From the NCBI GenBank assembly GCA_039794205.1, contig JBDIVU010000001.1, positions 223,794-287,793 on the forward strand: 64,000 bases of DNA, read 5' to 3'. The notes beneath the pieces were generated by a model. The model had not been told where the DNA came from and ran no database searches. It was given only the letters and a program-made list of their open reading frames with translations. The position numbers were made by a program, and so were the translations under genes. Source of the DNA: Phycisphaeraceae bacterium (GTDB lineage Bacteria; Planctomycetota; Phycisphaerae; Phycisphaerales; UBA1924). Shown one piece after another: positions 36,324-46,251 of this stretch (the stretch's first letter is position 1; each line of letters begins with the position of its first letter).

Positions 36324-37180
36324 GCACGCAGCGTTCCCGATTAATCACAGCGGTCGCGTCCGCGATGCTGCTCGCCGCGGGCGCAGCGGGCCTCGACGCC
36401 GCGATCGCGCTGACGGACGCAGTGATCACCAAGGTCGCCATCCACCCCCCGGGCGGGCTTCGCTACCACACCATCCCCGTCCGGTCGGAGACCTGGGAGC
36501 GTTTCGGCGCCGACCCGCCGCCGCTGTCCGCCGAGATCATCGAGAACCTCGGGACCGAAAACTATATTTCCAGATATTATATCAAGTCGTCCACCCGCCA
36601 GGACCCCCGCCCGCGGATCTTCGAACTCCACTGCACCTACTTCACCGGCATGTCCGACACGGTCCCGCACGTCCCCGAGACCTGCTTCGTCGGCGGGGGG
36701 ATGCGCATCGTCAACGAAGCCGTCATCGTCCCCGTCCCGATAGACATCGGCCGCTTCCCGCCCGATCCGACCCTCGAGGACTCGGAGTTCGATCCCGCGG
36801 TCTTCGGCGTGATCCGTCGCGGCCGGACCGGCCCGGACTCCGACACCCCCGGCGTGCGCGTGCGGATGCCGTTCGGCTTGGATCGGCTCCGGCTGAGAGT
36901 GACGGAGTTCGAGTCGCCCGACGGCCGGCGCACATTCGCGGGGTACTTCTTCCTTGCCAACGGCTGGGCGGTGGATTCGGCGCTGGGCGTCCGCCTGCGC
37001 GCCTTCGACCTCAAAGCCAGGCACGCCTACTACTCGAAAGTTCAGTTCACCAGTTCGCTCGTAGACTCGGCGGAGGAGCTCGCCGAGATCGCCGCGGACT
37101 TCCTCAACGAGATGCTCCCCGAGATCATGCGCCGCGTCCCGGACTGGACCGAGGTCGCCGCCGGACGATACCCCGAATGA
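36320..37180 (+). CDS. Candidate exosortase-associated EpsI-like periplasmic protein (assignment tentative)
   Basis: GTG start overlapping the exosortase stop. Signal peptide (LITAVASAMLLAAGAAGLDA). Adjacency to exosortase is the usual EpsI arrangement, but no diagnostic motif was recognised. Confidence 0.4.
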   Translation: MSTQRSRLITAVASAMLLAAGAAGLDAAIALTDAVITKVAIHPPGGLRYHTIPVRSETWERFGADPPPLSAEIIENLGTENYISRYYIKSSTRQDPRPRIFELHCTYFTGMSDTVPHVPETCFVGGGMRIVNEAVIVPVPIDIGRFPPDPTLEDSEFDPAVFGVIRRGRTGPDSDTPGVRVRMPFGLDRLRLRVTEFESPDGRRTFAGYFFLANGWAVDSALGVRLRAFDLKARHAYYSKVQFTSSLVDSAEELAEIAADFLNEMLPEIMRRVPDWTEVAAGRYPE

Positions 37181-37230
37181 CGCCAACCACGCGGACGCGC
37201 GCCCGCGCCCGCGCCAAGGAATGACCGCCC

Positions 37231-40200
37231 ATGCCTGCAAATAAAATCAACATCAGGTTTGTCGCGACCCTGGGCGCCGTGCTCGTCGTGCTGTTCGCGG
37301 GCGTGGCTTTCGTGGCGTACCAGCGTCTGTCGACCTCGGGAGCGGAGTACGAGGCCCGCGGCGACGCGCTCATGGCGCAGGGGATGCCCCGCGAGGCCGC
37401 GGGCATGTACCGCCGGGCCGTCCGCCACGACCGCACAAACGTAGCCTGGCTGACGAAGTGGCGCGAGGCGCTGCTCCAGATCGTCCCCGCGACGGCCGTC
37501 GAATACAGCCAATATTACACAGATTTTTACCGCGGATCGCTGGGCATGCTCGCCGCGCTCCAGGAGCGGAACCCGGACGCGCAGCGTGACTACATCGGGA
37601 CGATATACGACGAGCTGCGGTTCTCAGGCGCCGCGCCCGAAGCGTGGGTTCAGTTCGCGGACATCGTCGCGTCGGCGCTCAACCGCCTGCCCGCGGACGA
37701 CCCGAAGACTCAGTCCCTGCACCGCTACCGCGCCCTGGCGAACCTGGCGCGCGGGCGCACGATCGATCTCAACGACGACGAGGTCCGGAAGATCCGCGAG
37801 GATCTCGAGACCGCCATCGCCGGTGATCCGACCGACATCGAAGCCGCGGCGTCACTGGTGATCTGGCATTCCGAGGTCTGGCGCAGGGCCGTGCGCGCAC
37901 GGCGCGCCGAGACCGCGGCGCGGGCCTGGCAGGACACGCTCGCGGCACTCGAATCGCAGAAGGAAAAATTCCCGGGCGAGCCTATGCTCGCCCTCGTCGA
38001 GATCCAGCTCACCGCCCAGAACATCCTCTCGAACACCCAGACGGTGCGAGATCGGCTCGCGGCATTATCCAACGTCGATCAGATCGACGCGCCGCTTATC
38101 GATGCGCTCGCCGACCGCGACCCCGCGACGCTCGACCCATCGCTCCTCGACCGCGCCTACGCGACTCTCCAGCAGATGCGCGCCCCGTCGGCAGCGGCGC
38201 GAAGGCTGCTGCCGATCCTCGACGCGGTCGCCCAGTCGCAGACCGCCCGGCCGCACCTGATGATCCTCCGCGCGGACATGCTCGCAGCGGTCGGGCGACA
38301 CCGCGAGGCGATCGAACAATTAGATCAGTTGCTCGCGCTCCCGGACCTGCCCGTGAGCCTCGAAGGGCTGATGCTCATGCAGGTCTACCGCGCCGAGGCG
38401 ATCTACCGCCAGGGCGAGGCGTTCCTGTCGCTATATAACAACACGGAAGACGCCGCGGAGAGGCAGACTCTCCTCGCAAGCGCGCACGAAGCCCGCGGGC
38501 GTCTCGTGCAGCGCGTGTCGGGCGGCGAAACAGCCCCGAACGTCATGCTTCTCGATGCGAGGCTCGCGCTCGCTGAAGGACGCCCGCGCATCGCCGCGGA
38601 GCGCCTCGCCGCGCTCGACGAGCAGCGCGAAGGCCGGGATCAACGCGTGATCCGCCTGCTCGGGACGGCCCTGGCCCAGAGCAACCTGCTCGGCGCCTCC
38701 CGCGAACAGTTCCTGCGGATCATCGAGGACAACCCGCTCGACATCGACGCGCTCTTCCGTCTCGGCGACATCGAGCGATCGCTGCGCGAACTCAAGTCCG
38801 CCGAGTCGCGGTACGAGCAGATCCTGACCGTCCTGCCGGACTCCGCCGACGCCCGGCTGCGCCTCAGCGCCATCCGCGCCGAGCAAGGCGTCGTCACCGT
38901 GCTCGACCGCACAGCCGTCGATCCCGTCTCCGCGGCGCTGATCCGCTGGCGCACGCTCATGAACTTCGAAACGCCCGCGATCGACGACGCGCTCAAAACG
39001 CTGACCGACGCGCGGGCCGCCCTGGGCGACGACCCCCGGCTTCTCAACGGCCTGATCCTCCACCACGCGCAGGTCGGTAATATCGACGCCGCCCGCGCCC
39101 AACTCGACGAGGCAGAACAGCTCTTCCCCGACGACGACCGCTTCGGGCACTGGCGTGCGCGCCTGTCGCTGGCCGATTCGCGTTCTTCTCTCGACGACGT
39201 GCTCGCGGCGATCGACGAGAGCGAGTCGCGCCCGCTCGAACGGCTCCTGACCAAGCACGACGTCTGCGTCGCCAACGGCGCGCCCGACCGCGCGTCCGAC
39301 TATCTCCGCGAGGCGGCGGCGCTCGCGCCCGCCGACCCGCGCGTGCTCGACCGCCGATTCTCCCGGGCGATCGTGGACAACGACATGGACACGGCCCGCG
39401 CGGTCGTCGCCGAGGCCGCCCGCGCCAACGCCGACAGCGTCGGCGGCGCGCTCTACCAGGGACGACTGGAGTTCTCTCTCAACGAGATCGAAAAAGCGCA
39501 CACAACATTAACTCAGGTCGTCGACCGCATCCCCTTCGATTCCGCGGCCTGGCGCCTGCTCGGGCAGACGCGGCTGCGGCTCGGACGGGTCGGGGAGGCG
39601 CTCGATGCCTTCGAACGCGCCTTCACCACCAAGCCCGACGACGCCAACATCGCCCGGCTATACGCGCAGACGCTCGCGCAACTCCAGCGCGGCGGCGATG
39701 CGCTCGAAGTCGCGCGCCGGGCCCGCAGGCTCACGCCCGGCAACCCCGAACTCAACGACCTCTGGCTGGCGCTCGAGGAATCCTTCGGCGACGCCGGCCT
39801 CGCCGCCCGCGAACGCGGCGAGCGCTTCGCCGCGGCGCCCGACGATTTCGCCAACACGCTCGCGCTGGCGCGCATCCACATCAGCGCCGAGCGCTGGGCC
39901 GAGGCCCGCAAGGTGCTCGACTCAGCCCGCGCCGCCCGCCCGCGTCATCCCGCCGCGGCGAGGCTCGACGCGGAATGGCACGCGCGTCAAGGCGACATCG
40001 AGGCCGGGGCTGGCGTTCTCCGCGGGATCGCCGATGAGCAGGCGCCCGCCGGGAATCATCTCGCGGTCGCGCAGTATTATCTCGAACATAATTTGACCCC
40101 CGACGCCCGCCGGGAACTCGAAGCGGCCCGCTCGAAGCAACCCGCGGGCGAGAAGAACGCCGAGATCATGCTCGCCGACCTTCACTTCGCCGCGGGCGAG

Positions 40201-41790
40201 TACGAGCAGGCGCTCCCGCTCTTTCGCGAGGCTCTCTCCGCAGCGACGGGCGCGCGCGCGGGCGACATCTCGCGGCGCATGGCCGAGGGCCTGCTCCGCC
40301 TTGAACGATACGAGGAAGCGACCCGGGCGCTTTCCGGCCTTGACGAGGCGCAGCGGCGCGACCCGAGGACGTTCGTCCTCCTCGCGCGTGCCGCGGCAGG
40401 ATCCAACAACGCCCGCGCCGCAGCCAGGCTTCTAGACGACGGCATCCAGGCGAACCCGACAAGCGCGATGCTCTTCGTCGAACGCGCGTCGCAGTCCATG
40501 CAACGTCCCGAGCAGTTGAACGACGCGCTCGCCGACGCGACGCAGGCGATCCGCCTGGCGCCCGGGATGCCCGAGGCGCGCAGGCTCCGCGTGGCGATCC
40601 TGGCGCGGCTGGGCAGAATGGCAGACGCGATCGCCGAGACCGAGCAGGCGCTCGCCGTGCTGAGCAACGACCGCGATCTCTGGCGCCAGCGGATCGAGTT
40701 GCTGATCGCGTCGGGCGATTCGCTGCGCGCCGCCGACGCCGCCGACAAAGCCGCCGAGCGTTTCCCGGCGGAGACGATCTGGCTCGTCACCGCGGGCGAC
40801 CTGCACGCGCAGTCTCAGCGCTGGAATCAGGCGGCGCCGCGATATCAGAAGGCTTACACAGTCGCACCGAACGTGCGGCTGGCGGTGCGGCTCGGGCAGA
40901 CGTTGCTCGAGATCGACCAGCCCCGGCCGCGCGAGGTGATCGCGCTCATGGACCGCTACATCGACGGCGACGACCTCCGCAGCACGACGCGGCTGCTAAA
41001 GTCCGCGGCCCACGCCGAGGCCGGCGAGCGCGACGCCGCGGTCAACGCCGCGATCGAATCGCTGGATGAAGCGCGCACGACCGCGGACCTGCGCGACTGG
41101 TTCCGCGGGATCGAGCCGGCGTTCCCCGAGCCGAGCGCCCGGCTCGAGTTCGTGCGTTCGAGGCCGGCGCCGGAGGGGCTTGGGTCGCTGCACACGTTCT
41201 TGGTTTCGCAGCTCTCGCTGGCCGCCGGCGCCGCGCACATCCCGACCATGGTCGCCGAACTCACCGCCGCCGAAGCCGGGACCACGGACCCGACGGTGCT
41301 GGTGGACATCGTCCGCCTGCTCGGGCAGATCCACTATTCGAGCGGGGACTACAACGCCGCGGCGTCGTTCTTCGAGAAAGGAACCAAACTTAATCCCGAC
41401 GATGTCGAGTTCAACAACAACCTCGCTTACACCCTGGCGCGTCATCTCAACCAGCCCGCCAGAGCGCTCGCGCCGGCCGAGCAGGCGGCCCGGCTCGCGC
41501 CGTCGAGCGCGAGCATCCTGGACACGCTGGGGTGGGTCTACGCGCTGCTGGATCGGCTAGACGAGGCGTCGGCGACGCTGAACCGGGCCCTGAACAACGC
41601 CCGCACGGACGACGAGCGGGCGCCCGCGCACATCCACCTCGCGGAGACGATGCTACGCCGGCAGGACACTCTGGGCGCCGCACGCCACGCCGAGTCCGCC
41701 CAGCGGATCCTCGCCCGCAGCGCCGTCCTCCGCAACGAGTACGGCGAGGCCCTCGACCGCGTTATGAAGCAACTGGAATCGTCCGAATGA
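37231..41790 (+). CDS. Giant TPR-repeat protein (1519 aa), N-terminally membrane-anchored; PrsT-like in context
   Basis: SD AAGGAA plus ATG, one N-terminal TM helix, then more than 1400 aa of Ala/Leu/Arg-rich TPR-like helical repeats. Confidence 0.7.
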   Translation: MPANKINIRFVATLGAVLVVLFAGVAFVAYQRLSTSGAEYEARGDALMAQGMPREAAGMYRRAVRHDRTNVAWLTKWREALLQIVPATAVEYSQYYTDFYRGSLGMLAALQERNPDAQRDYIGTIYDELRFSGAAPEAWVQFADIVASALNRLPADDPKTQSLHRYRALANLARGRTIDLNDDEVRKIREDLETAIAGDPTDIEAAASLVIWHSEVWRRAVRARRAETAARAWQDTLAALESQKEKFPGEPMLALVEIQLTAQNILSNTQTVRDRLAALSNVDQIDAPLIDALADRDPATLDPSLLDRAYATLQQMRAPSAAARRLLPILDAVAQSQTARPHLMILRADMLAAVGRHREAIEQLDQLLALPDLPVSLEGLMLMQVYRAEAIYRQGEAFLSLYNNTEDAAERQTLLASAHEARGRLVQRVSGGETAPNVMLLDARLALAEGRPRIAAERLAALDEQREGRDQRVIRLLGTALAQSNLLGASREQFLRIIEDNPLDIDALFRLGDIERSLRELKSAESRYEQILTVLPDSADARLRLSAIRAEQGVVTVLDRTAVDPVSAALIRWRTLMNFETPAIDDALKTLTDARAALGDDPRLLNGLILHHAQVGNIDAARAQLDEAEQLFPDDDRFGHWRARLSLADSRSSLDDVLAAIDESESRPLERLLTKHDVCVANGAPDRASDYLREAAALAPADPRVLDRRFSRAIVDNDMDTARAVVAEAARANADSVGGALYQGRLEFSLNEIEKAHTTLTQVVDRIPFDSAAWRLLGQTRLRLGRVGEALDAFERAFTTKPDDANIARLYAQTLAQLQRGGDALEVARRARRLTPGNPELNDLWLALEESFGDAGLAARERGERFAAAPDDFANTLALARIHISAERWAEARKVLDSARAARPRHPAAARLDAEWHARQGDIEAGAGVLRGIADEQAPAGNHLAVAQYYLEHNLTPDARRELEAARSKQPAGEKNAEIMLADLHFAAGEYEQALPLFREALSAATGARAGDISRRMAEGLLRLERYEEATRALSGLDEAQRRDPRTFVLLARAAAGSNNARAAARLLDDGIQANPTSAMLFVERASQSMQRPEQLNDALADATQAIRLAPGMPEARRLRVAILARLGRMADAIAETEQALAVLSNDRDLWRQRIELLIASGDSLRAADAADKAAERFPAETIWLVTAGDLHAQSQRWNQAAPRYQKAYTVAPNVRLAVRLGQTLLEIDQPRPREVIALMDRYIDGDDLRSTTRLLKSAAHAEAGERDAAVNAAIESLDEARTTADLRDWFRGIEPAFPEPSARLEFVRSRPAPEGLGSLHTFLVSQLSLAAGAAHIPTMVAELTAAEAGTTDPTVLVDIVRLLGQIHYSSGDYNAAASFFEKGTKLNPDDVEFNNNLAYTLARHLNQPARALAPAEQAARLAPSSASILDTLGWVYALLDRLDEASATLNRALNNARTDDERAPAHIHLAETMLRRQDTLGAARHAESAQRILARSAVLRNEYGEALDRVMKQLESSE

Positions 41791-41896
41791 ACCCGGACAC
41801 GACCGGCCCGGGGTCGCCCCGAAGCACGTCCGAAAACCGTCCGGCGGGAGCGGACGTGAACACAGCGACCCCGCCCGGCGTGTGAGTAAGGAAGCC

Positions 41897-44185
41897 ATGC
41901 CGACACCCGGCCAGAATCAATTCGCACGCCCAGGCGGCCAGCAACGCCATGCCTCGGCGCCTGCTCCCGCCTCGGGCGGGCTCGGCGTCGCTCTCGACCC
42001 CATCAAACTCCTCCGGCAGTACGCCAAGTGGCTGGTCGCAGCGGGAATCGTCGGCGCGATCGTCGGCGTCGCTGCGCACTTCGGGCTTATGCGCGTATAT
42101 CCACTTTACCGCTCCGAGGTCACCTTCGAGATGACCTCCCCGATCACCGACGCCAGCGCGATCATCACAACTCTCGACCGCTCCGAAGCCGAGATCGAAC
42201 GTTTCATCGGCGGGCAGATCTTCCTCCTGCGCTCGGAGTCGCTGCTACTCGACGCCGTTCGCAACGACCCGAGCATCCGCAACGACACGCAGTGGTCCCG
42301 CGCCTATATCTCGCCCGACACCGGCGTCCACGACGAAAACGCGATGGTCAAGGATCTCACCGGGATAGTTCAGGCGTCCCCGATCCCGCGCTCGAACATC
42401 GTGATCCTGTCCGCGACGACGCACGTCCCGCAGGACGCCGCGACGATCGCCAAGGCAGTAAAGGACGCCTACCGAAGACAACTCAACCGCGACAAGCAGA
42501 CCGACTCGCAGGACATCCTCGCCGCCTTGTCCAGCCAGCTCCGCGGCGTGCAGGACGAACGCCGGCTCGTCGAGGAGCGCATGGACAAACTCCTCGTCGA
42601 CAACCAGGTCACGAACCTCGAAGAACGGCTCATGATGCAGTCCGAGGAGTTCGCCTCGCTCCAGCCCCGGGTTATAGAAACCAGGCAATCTCTGGAGATA
42701 TCGAAGGATCTCCTCAAGTCCTACGAGGAGCAGCTCGCGGCGCCCGGCGGCGCGACCTACCCCGAGTCCGTGCGAACCGCCGTCCGCGAGCACTTCATCG
42801 TACGCAACTTCGAGTCACAGGAAGCCAACCTCGAAGCGGCCCTGCGCAACGCTCGAACCCGGCTCGGCGAGCGCAACCTCCAGACTCAGCAGATCGTCAA
42901 CTCCATCGCCGCGGTGCGCGAGTCCAAGCGCCTCGCCGAGGAGCGTTTGCTACAGGAGAAGTTCCTCGAACTGATCGAGATGACGCGCTCGACGATCCGC
43001 TCGCTCGAAGCGTCGCTGGTCGAGATGCAGACCTCGATCGAGCAGGCCCGGGCGCGCCTGGCCGACCTCAAGCGCGTCTCCGAGGACTACTCGAAACTCA
43101 AGTCCGACCAGGCGCGCCTCGCCGAGACCGAAGCCAGGCTCCAACTCGACATCGAGTCGCAGCGCGCCATCCGCGCCCGCGAGGCGTCCAGCCGGGTCCG
43201 CGTGCGCTACAACGAGGAAGTCCCCACCGAGCCGATCTTCCCGAAGATCCAGTTCATCGCGCCGGCGGGGGTCGTGCTCACGCTCGGGCTGGTCAGCGGG
43301 CTGATCCTGCTGCGCGAACTTCTCGAACAGCGTGTCCGCTCGCCGCAGGACGTGGCCCTGATCCCCAGGGCCCGCGTCATCGGCGTGGTCCCGGACCTGG
43401 ACGAAGACCCGTCGCGACCCGCCTCGCCCGAACTGGCCGTGCACGATCGGCCCACCGGCGTCATCGCGGAGTCCGTGCGCCAGATCCGCACTGCCGTCCT
43501 CAAAGAATTCACCCAGCGCGGGCACAAGGCGCTGCTGGTCGTAGGCGGCGCGCCCGGCTCCGGCGCGAGCACTCTCATAACAAACCTCGCGCACTCGCTC
43601 GCCGCGACCGACCACCGCGTCCTCGTGATCGACGGCAACTTCCGCCGGCCCACAATGCACAAGCACTTCGGGGTGGCCGAGGCGCCCGGGCTTGGCGAGG
43701 CGCTCACCGGCGCCGCGACACTCGCCGACGCCGCACAGCCGACCGACGACACGCACATCGACGTCGTACCCGCGGGCGCGCCGGGCAGCCGAATCTTCGA
43801 ACGCCTCACAACCAGCGGCATGAGCCGGCTCCTCGACGAAGCCCGCGCGCGCTACGACATCGTCCTCGTCGATTCGCCACCCGCGATCGTAGCGGGCGAC
43901 GCGATGGCGCTCGCCAACCGCTGCGACGCCGCGCTGCTCGTCATCCGCGCCTACAGCGAAAAACGCGGCCTGGTCGCGCGTGTCCGCGATCAACTCGACG
44001 AATCCCGCGCGGAGTTCCTGGGCGTGGTCGTAAACGCCGTCCGCTCGAGCGCCGGCGGGTACTTCAAACGTAACTATCGTACGGCCCACACCTACCAGAA
44101 CGGCCTGGCCGAGGAACTCGAAGCCGCCCGGCTCGCTCGCGCCCGCACCGCAGCCGAACCGATCGAACCCGCCGAGTCGCGCTGA
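41897..44185 (+). CDS. Polysaccharide co-polymerase (Wzz domain) fused to a BY-kinase/MinD-like P-loop ATPase (Wzc/EpsG-like)
   Basis: Two TM helices flanking a periplasmic coiled-coil, then a C-terminal Walker A (VVGGAPGSGAST), A' (VLVIDGNFRRP) and B (DIVLVDSPP). SD AAGGAAG before the ATG at 41897. Confidence 0.78.
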   Translation: MPTPGQNQFARPGGQQRHASAPAPASGGLGVALDPIKLLRQYAKWLVAAGIVGAIVGVAAHFGLMRVYPLYRSEVTFEMTSPITDASAIITTLDRSEAEIERFIGGQIFLLRSESLLLDAVRNDPSIRNDTQWSRAYISPDTGVHDENAMVKDLTGIVQASPIPRSNIVILSATTHVPQDAATIAKAVKDAYRRQLNRDKQTDSQDILAALSSQLRGVQDERRLVEERMDKLLVDNQVTNLEERLMMQSEEFASLQPRVIETRQSLEISKDLLKSYEEQLAAPGGATYPESVRTAVREHFIVRNFESQEANLEAALRNARTRLGERNLQTQQIVNSIAAVRESKRLAEERLLQEKFLELIEMTRSTIRSLEASLVEMQTSIEQARARLADLKRVSEDYSKLKSDQARLAETEARLQLDIESQRAIRAREASSRVRVRYNEEVPTEPIFPKIQFIAPAGVVLTLGLVSGLILLRELLEQRVRSPQDVALIPRARVIGVVPDLDEDPSRPASPELAVHDRPTGVIAESVRQIRTAVLKEFTQRGHKALLVVGGAPGSGASTLITNLAHSLAATDHRVLVIDGNFRRPTMHKHFGVAEAPGLGEALTGAATLADAAQPTDDTHIDVVPAGAPGSRIFERLTTSGMSRLLDEARARYDIVLVDSPPAIVAGDAMALANRCDAALLVIRAYSEKRGLVARVRDQLDESRAEFLGVVVNAVRSSAGGYFKRNYRTAHTYQNGLAEELEAARLARARTAAEPIEPAESR

Positions 44186-44212
44186 CCCCGCATCGCCAGA
44201 ATCAAGAATCCG

Positions 44213-45595
44213 ATGAACCGCGACTCGCTCATCTTCGACACCGACGCGCTGAGCGGGCTATCTCTCCGCGCGCCGGGATCCGACGCGCTCCCCGTCGAAC
44301 CTATGTCGGCGATGTCCGTCTTCAACGGCTATCTCGGCGTGTTCATCGTCGCCTTCCTCGTCACCCTTCTCGCGACCCCGATCCTCCGCCGACTCGCCCT
44401 CGCGCACGGCGTGATCGACCAGCCCGACTTCGATCGCAAGGAACACCGCCTGCCCGTCGCGTACCTCGGCGGGGTAGCCGTGTTCCTCGGCCTGCTCGCC
44501 GCCGTCGCGTTCGGGATGATCGCGCGAAGCCCCCTCATCGAGGACCACCCCTCAGTCGTCTATCAGCGGCCGGTCCCGATCTCCATCCTCTTCGGCATGA
44601 TGGTCATAATGTTCGTCGGGCTTCTCGACGACCTCGTGGGGATCCCCCCGCGCGCCAAGATCGCCGGGCAACTCTTCGCGGCAGCGGCTCTCGCGATGGA
44701 AGACGTCGGCGTCCGCGTCGCCGCCGGCCTGCTCACCCCGCTCGGACGCGCTATCGGGCACGAGTCGATGGTCTTCACCTTCCCGCTGCCCGTCGTCGGG
44801 ATGGACGCGCGCATCGACCTCGTCTACTGGACCGGCACCGCGATCATCGCAATCTTCATCCTCGGCGCCTGCAACGCCAGCAACCTCCTCGACGGACTCG
44901 ACGGCCTGGTCACCGGCGTCACCGGCATCGCCGTCGGCGCCATGCTCGTCCTCGCGCTCGGACTCGCCGTCATCAGCGACGGACCGCTCGACGCCACGCG
45001 CGTGATCCTCTCTCTCGCAGTCCTGGGCGCCTGTCTAGGGTTCCTCCCGCACAACTTCAGACCCGCGACGATCTTCCTCGGCGACTGCGGGTCGATGCTG
45101 CTCGGCTACTGCGCCGTCGTCATCATCCTCTCGCTCGGGGACACCGGCCGCACGCCCCTCGTCGTCGCGGGGCTGATCGCGTACGCAGTCCCGATCATCG
45201 ACACCACGCTGTCGATCGTCCGCCGGAAGATGTCCGGCAAGTCCATGAGCGAACCCGACCGCGAGCACATCCACCACCTGCTGCGCCGATCGCTGGGCGT
45301 GACACGCGCGGTCCTCGCGCTCTACGCGCTCGGCGCCGTCTTCGGCGCACTGGCGATCTTCGTGACGCTCGGCCGCGCTCGGCTCGCGTACACCATCGCG
45401 CTCGTGCTCGCGGCGTTCATCGGTGTGACAGCCGTGAAAATCGCCCGGCTCAAGGCGTTCGAGGAAGAAGCCCGCGCGATCGCGGAGGGTCGCCCGCTCA
45501 CCGTTCGCCGCCGTCGGCGCCCGGCCGCGATCCCTCAGCCCGACGCCGACCTCCCCGGCGAACCCGCCGTCCGCCCCGAGCCGACCGGCGCCTGA
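44213..45595 (+). CDS. Polyprenol-phosphate N-acetylhexosamine-1-phosphate transferase (WecA/MraY family, GT4 class) - initiating glycosyltransferase
   Basis: DDLVGI, NASNLLDGLDGL, cytoplasmic-loop DREHIHH, and 10-11 TM helices. Confidence 0.78.
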   Translation: MNRDSLIFDTDALSGLSLRAPGSDALPVEPMSAMSVFNGYLGVFIVAFLVTLLATPILRRLALAHGVIDQPDFDRKEHRLPVAYLGGVAVFLGLLAAVAFGMIARSPLIEDHPSVVYQRPVPISILFGMMVIMFVGLLDDLVGIPPRAKIAGQLFAAAALAMEDVGVRVAAGLLTPLGRAIGHESMVFTFPLPVVGMDARIDLVYWTGTAIIAIFILGACNASNLLDGLDGLVTGVTGIAVGAMLVLALGLAVISDGPLDATRVILSLAVLGACLGFLPHNFRPATIFLGDCGSMLLGYCAVVIILSLGDTGRTPLVVAGLIAYAVPIIDTTLSIVRRKMSGKSMSEPDREHIHHLLRRSLGVTRAVLALYALGAVFGALAIFVTLGRARLAYTIALVLAAFIGVTAVKIARLKAFEEEARAIAEGRPLTVRRRRRPAAIPQPDADLPGEPAVRPEPTGA

Positions 45596-45676
45596 CCTAC
45601 CATGCCCGCGAAACCGGTCGGCGTCATCGGTCCCGACGCCGAGCCTGATCGCACACCCGCCGCGTGGAGCAGCGCC

Positions 45677-46045
45677 ATGCCCGAACGTTACATCGACGAC
45701 TTCCGCCGACGCCGCGCCGACGGCCAGACGCGCCTCCTCAATACCGAACACCTCGGCATAAAACGTTTCCTTCGCCTCGACAGCGATTCTTACTCCGACC
45801 GATCCGCCGAGGGTCGGCTCGACGCGCGCACCAAGGAACTGCTCGGCCTGGTCGCGTCCGCAGTCCTCCGCTGCGACGACTGCATCGCCTACCACGTCGA
45901 GCAATCCGTCGCGCAGGGCTGGACAAAGGAAGAAATCGAAGACGCCCTGAACGTCGCGCTGGTCGTCGGCGGCTCGATCACGATCCCCCACCTCCGCCGA
46001 GCGCGCATCGCGCTGGACGAACTCCTCGAAGAACGCGATAGGTAG
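45677..46045 (+). CDS. Carboxymuconolactone decarboxylase / AhpD-like family protein
   Basis: CxxC-containing AhpD core LRCDDCIAYH and a four-helix pattern. ATG at 45677. Confidence 0.6.
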   Translation: MPERYIDDFRRRRADGQTRLLNTEHLGIKRFLRLDSDSYSDRSAEGRLDARTKELLGLVASAVLRCDDCIAYHVEQSVAQGWTKEEIEDALNVALVVGGSITIPHLRRARIALDELLEERDR

Positions 46046-46251
46046 CGCCGATTGCGCTTGTCACAGTAATTGGTCACAATCAATACCCGACCATCGGCCG
46101 GATCACCGGAGCGTTCGCCCGGGCTGGATTTGGATAAACACGGACAATTGTATTGATTCCGCGCCGGGCTTATGGGACGATGCGCGGGTCGGCGCCTCCC
46201 CGCGCAGCGTGCCCGGGGCGCGACCTGCACGGTCCTTCCCAGGGAGAGAAA

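Noticed and set aside
35456-37180. 574-aa ORF as a single gene
   Set aside because: Its N-terminal part is an out-of-frame overlap of the exosortase gene (Arg-rich, not protein-like). Only the segment from the GTG at 36320 (signal peptide onward) is a plausible gene.
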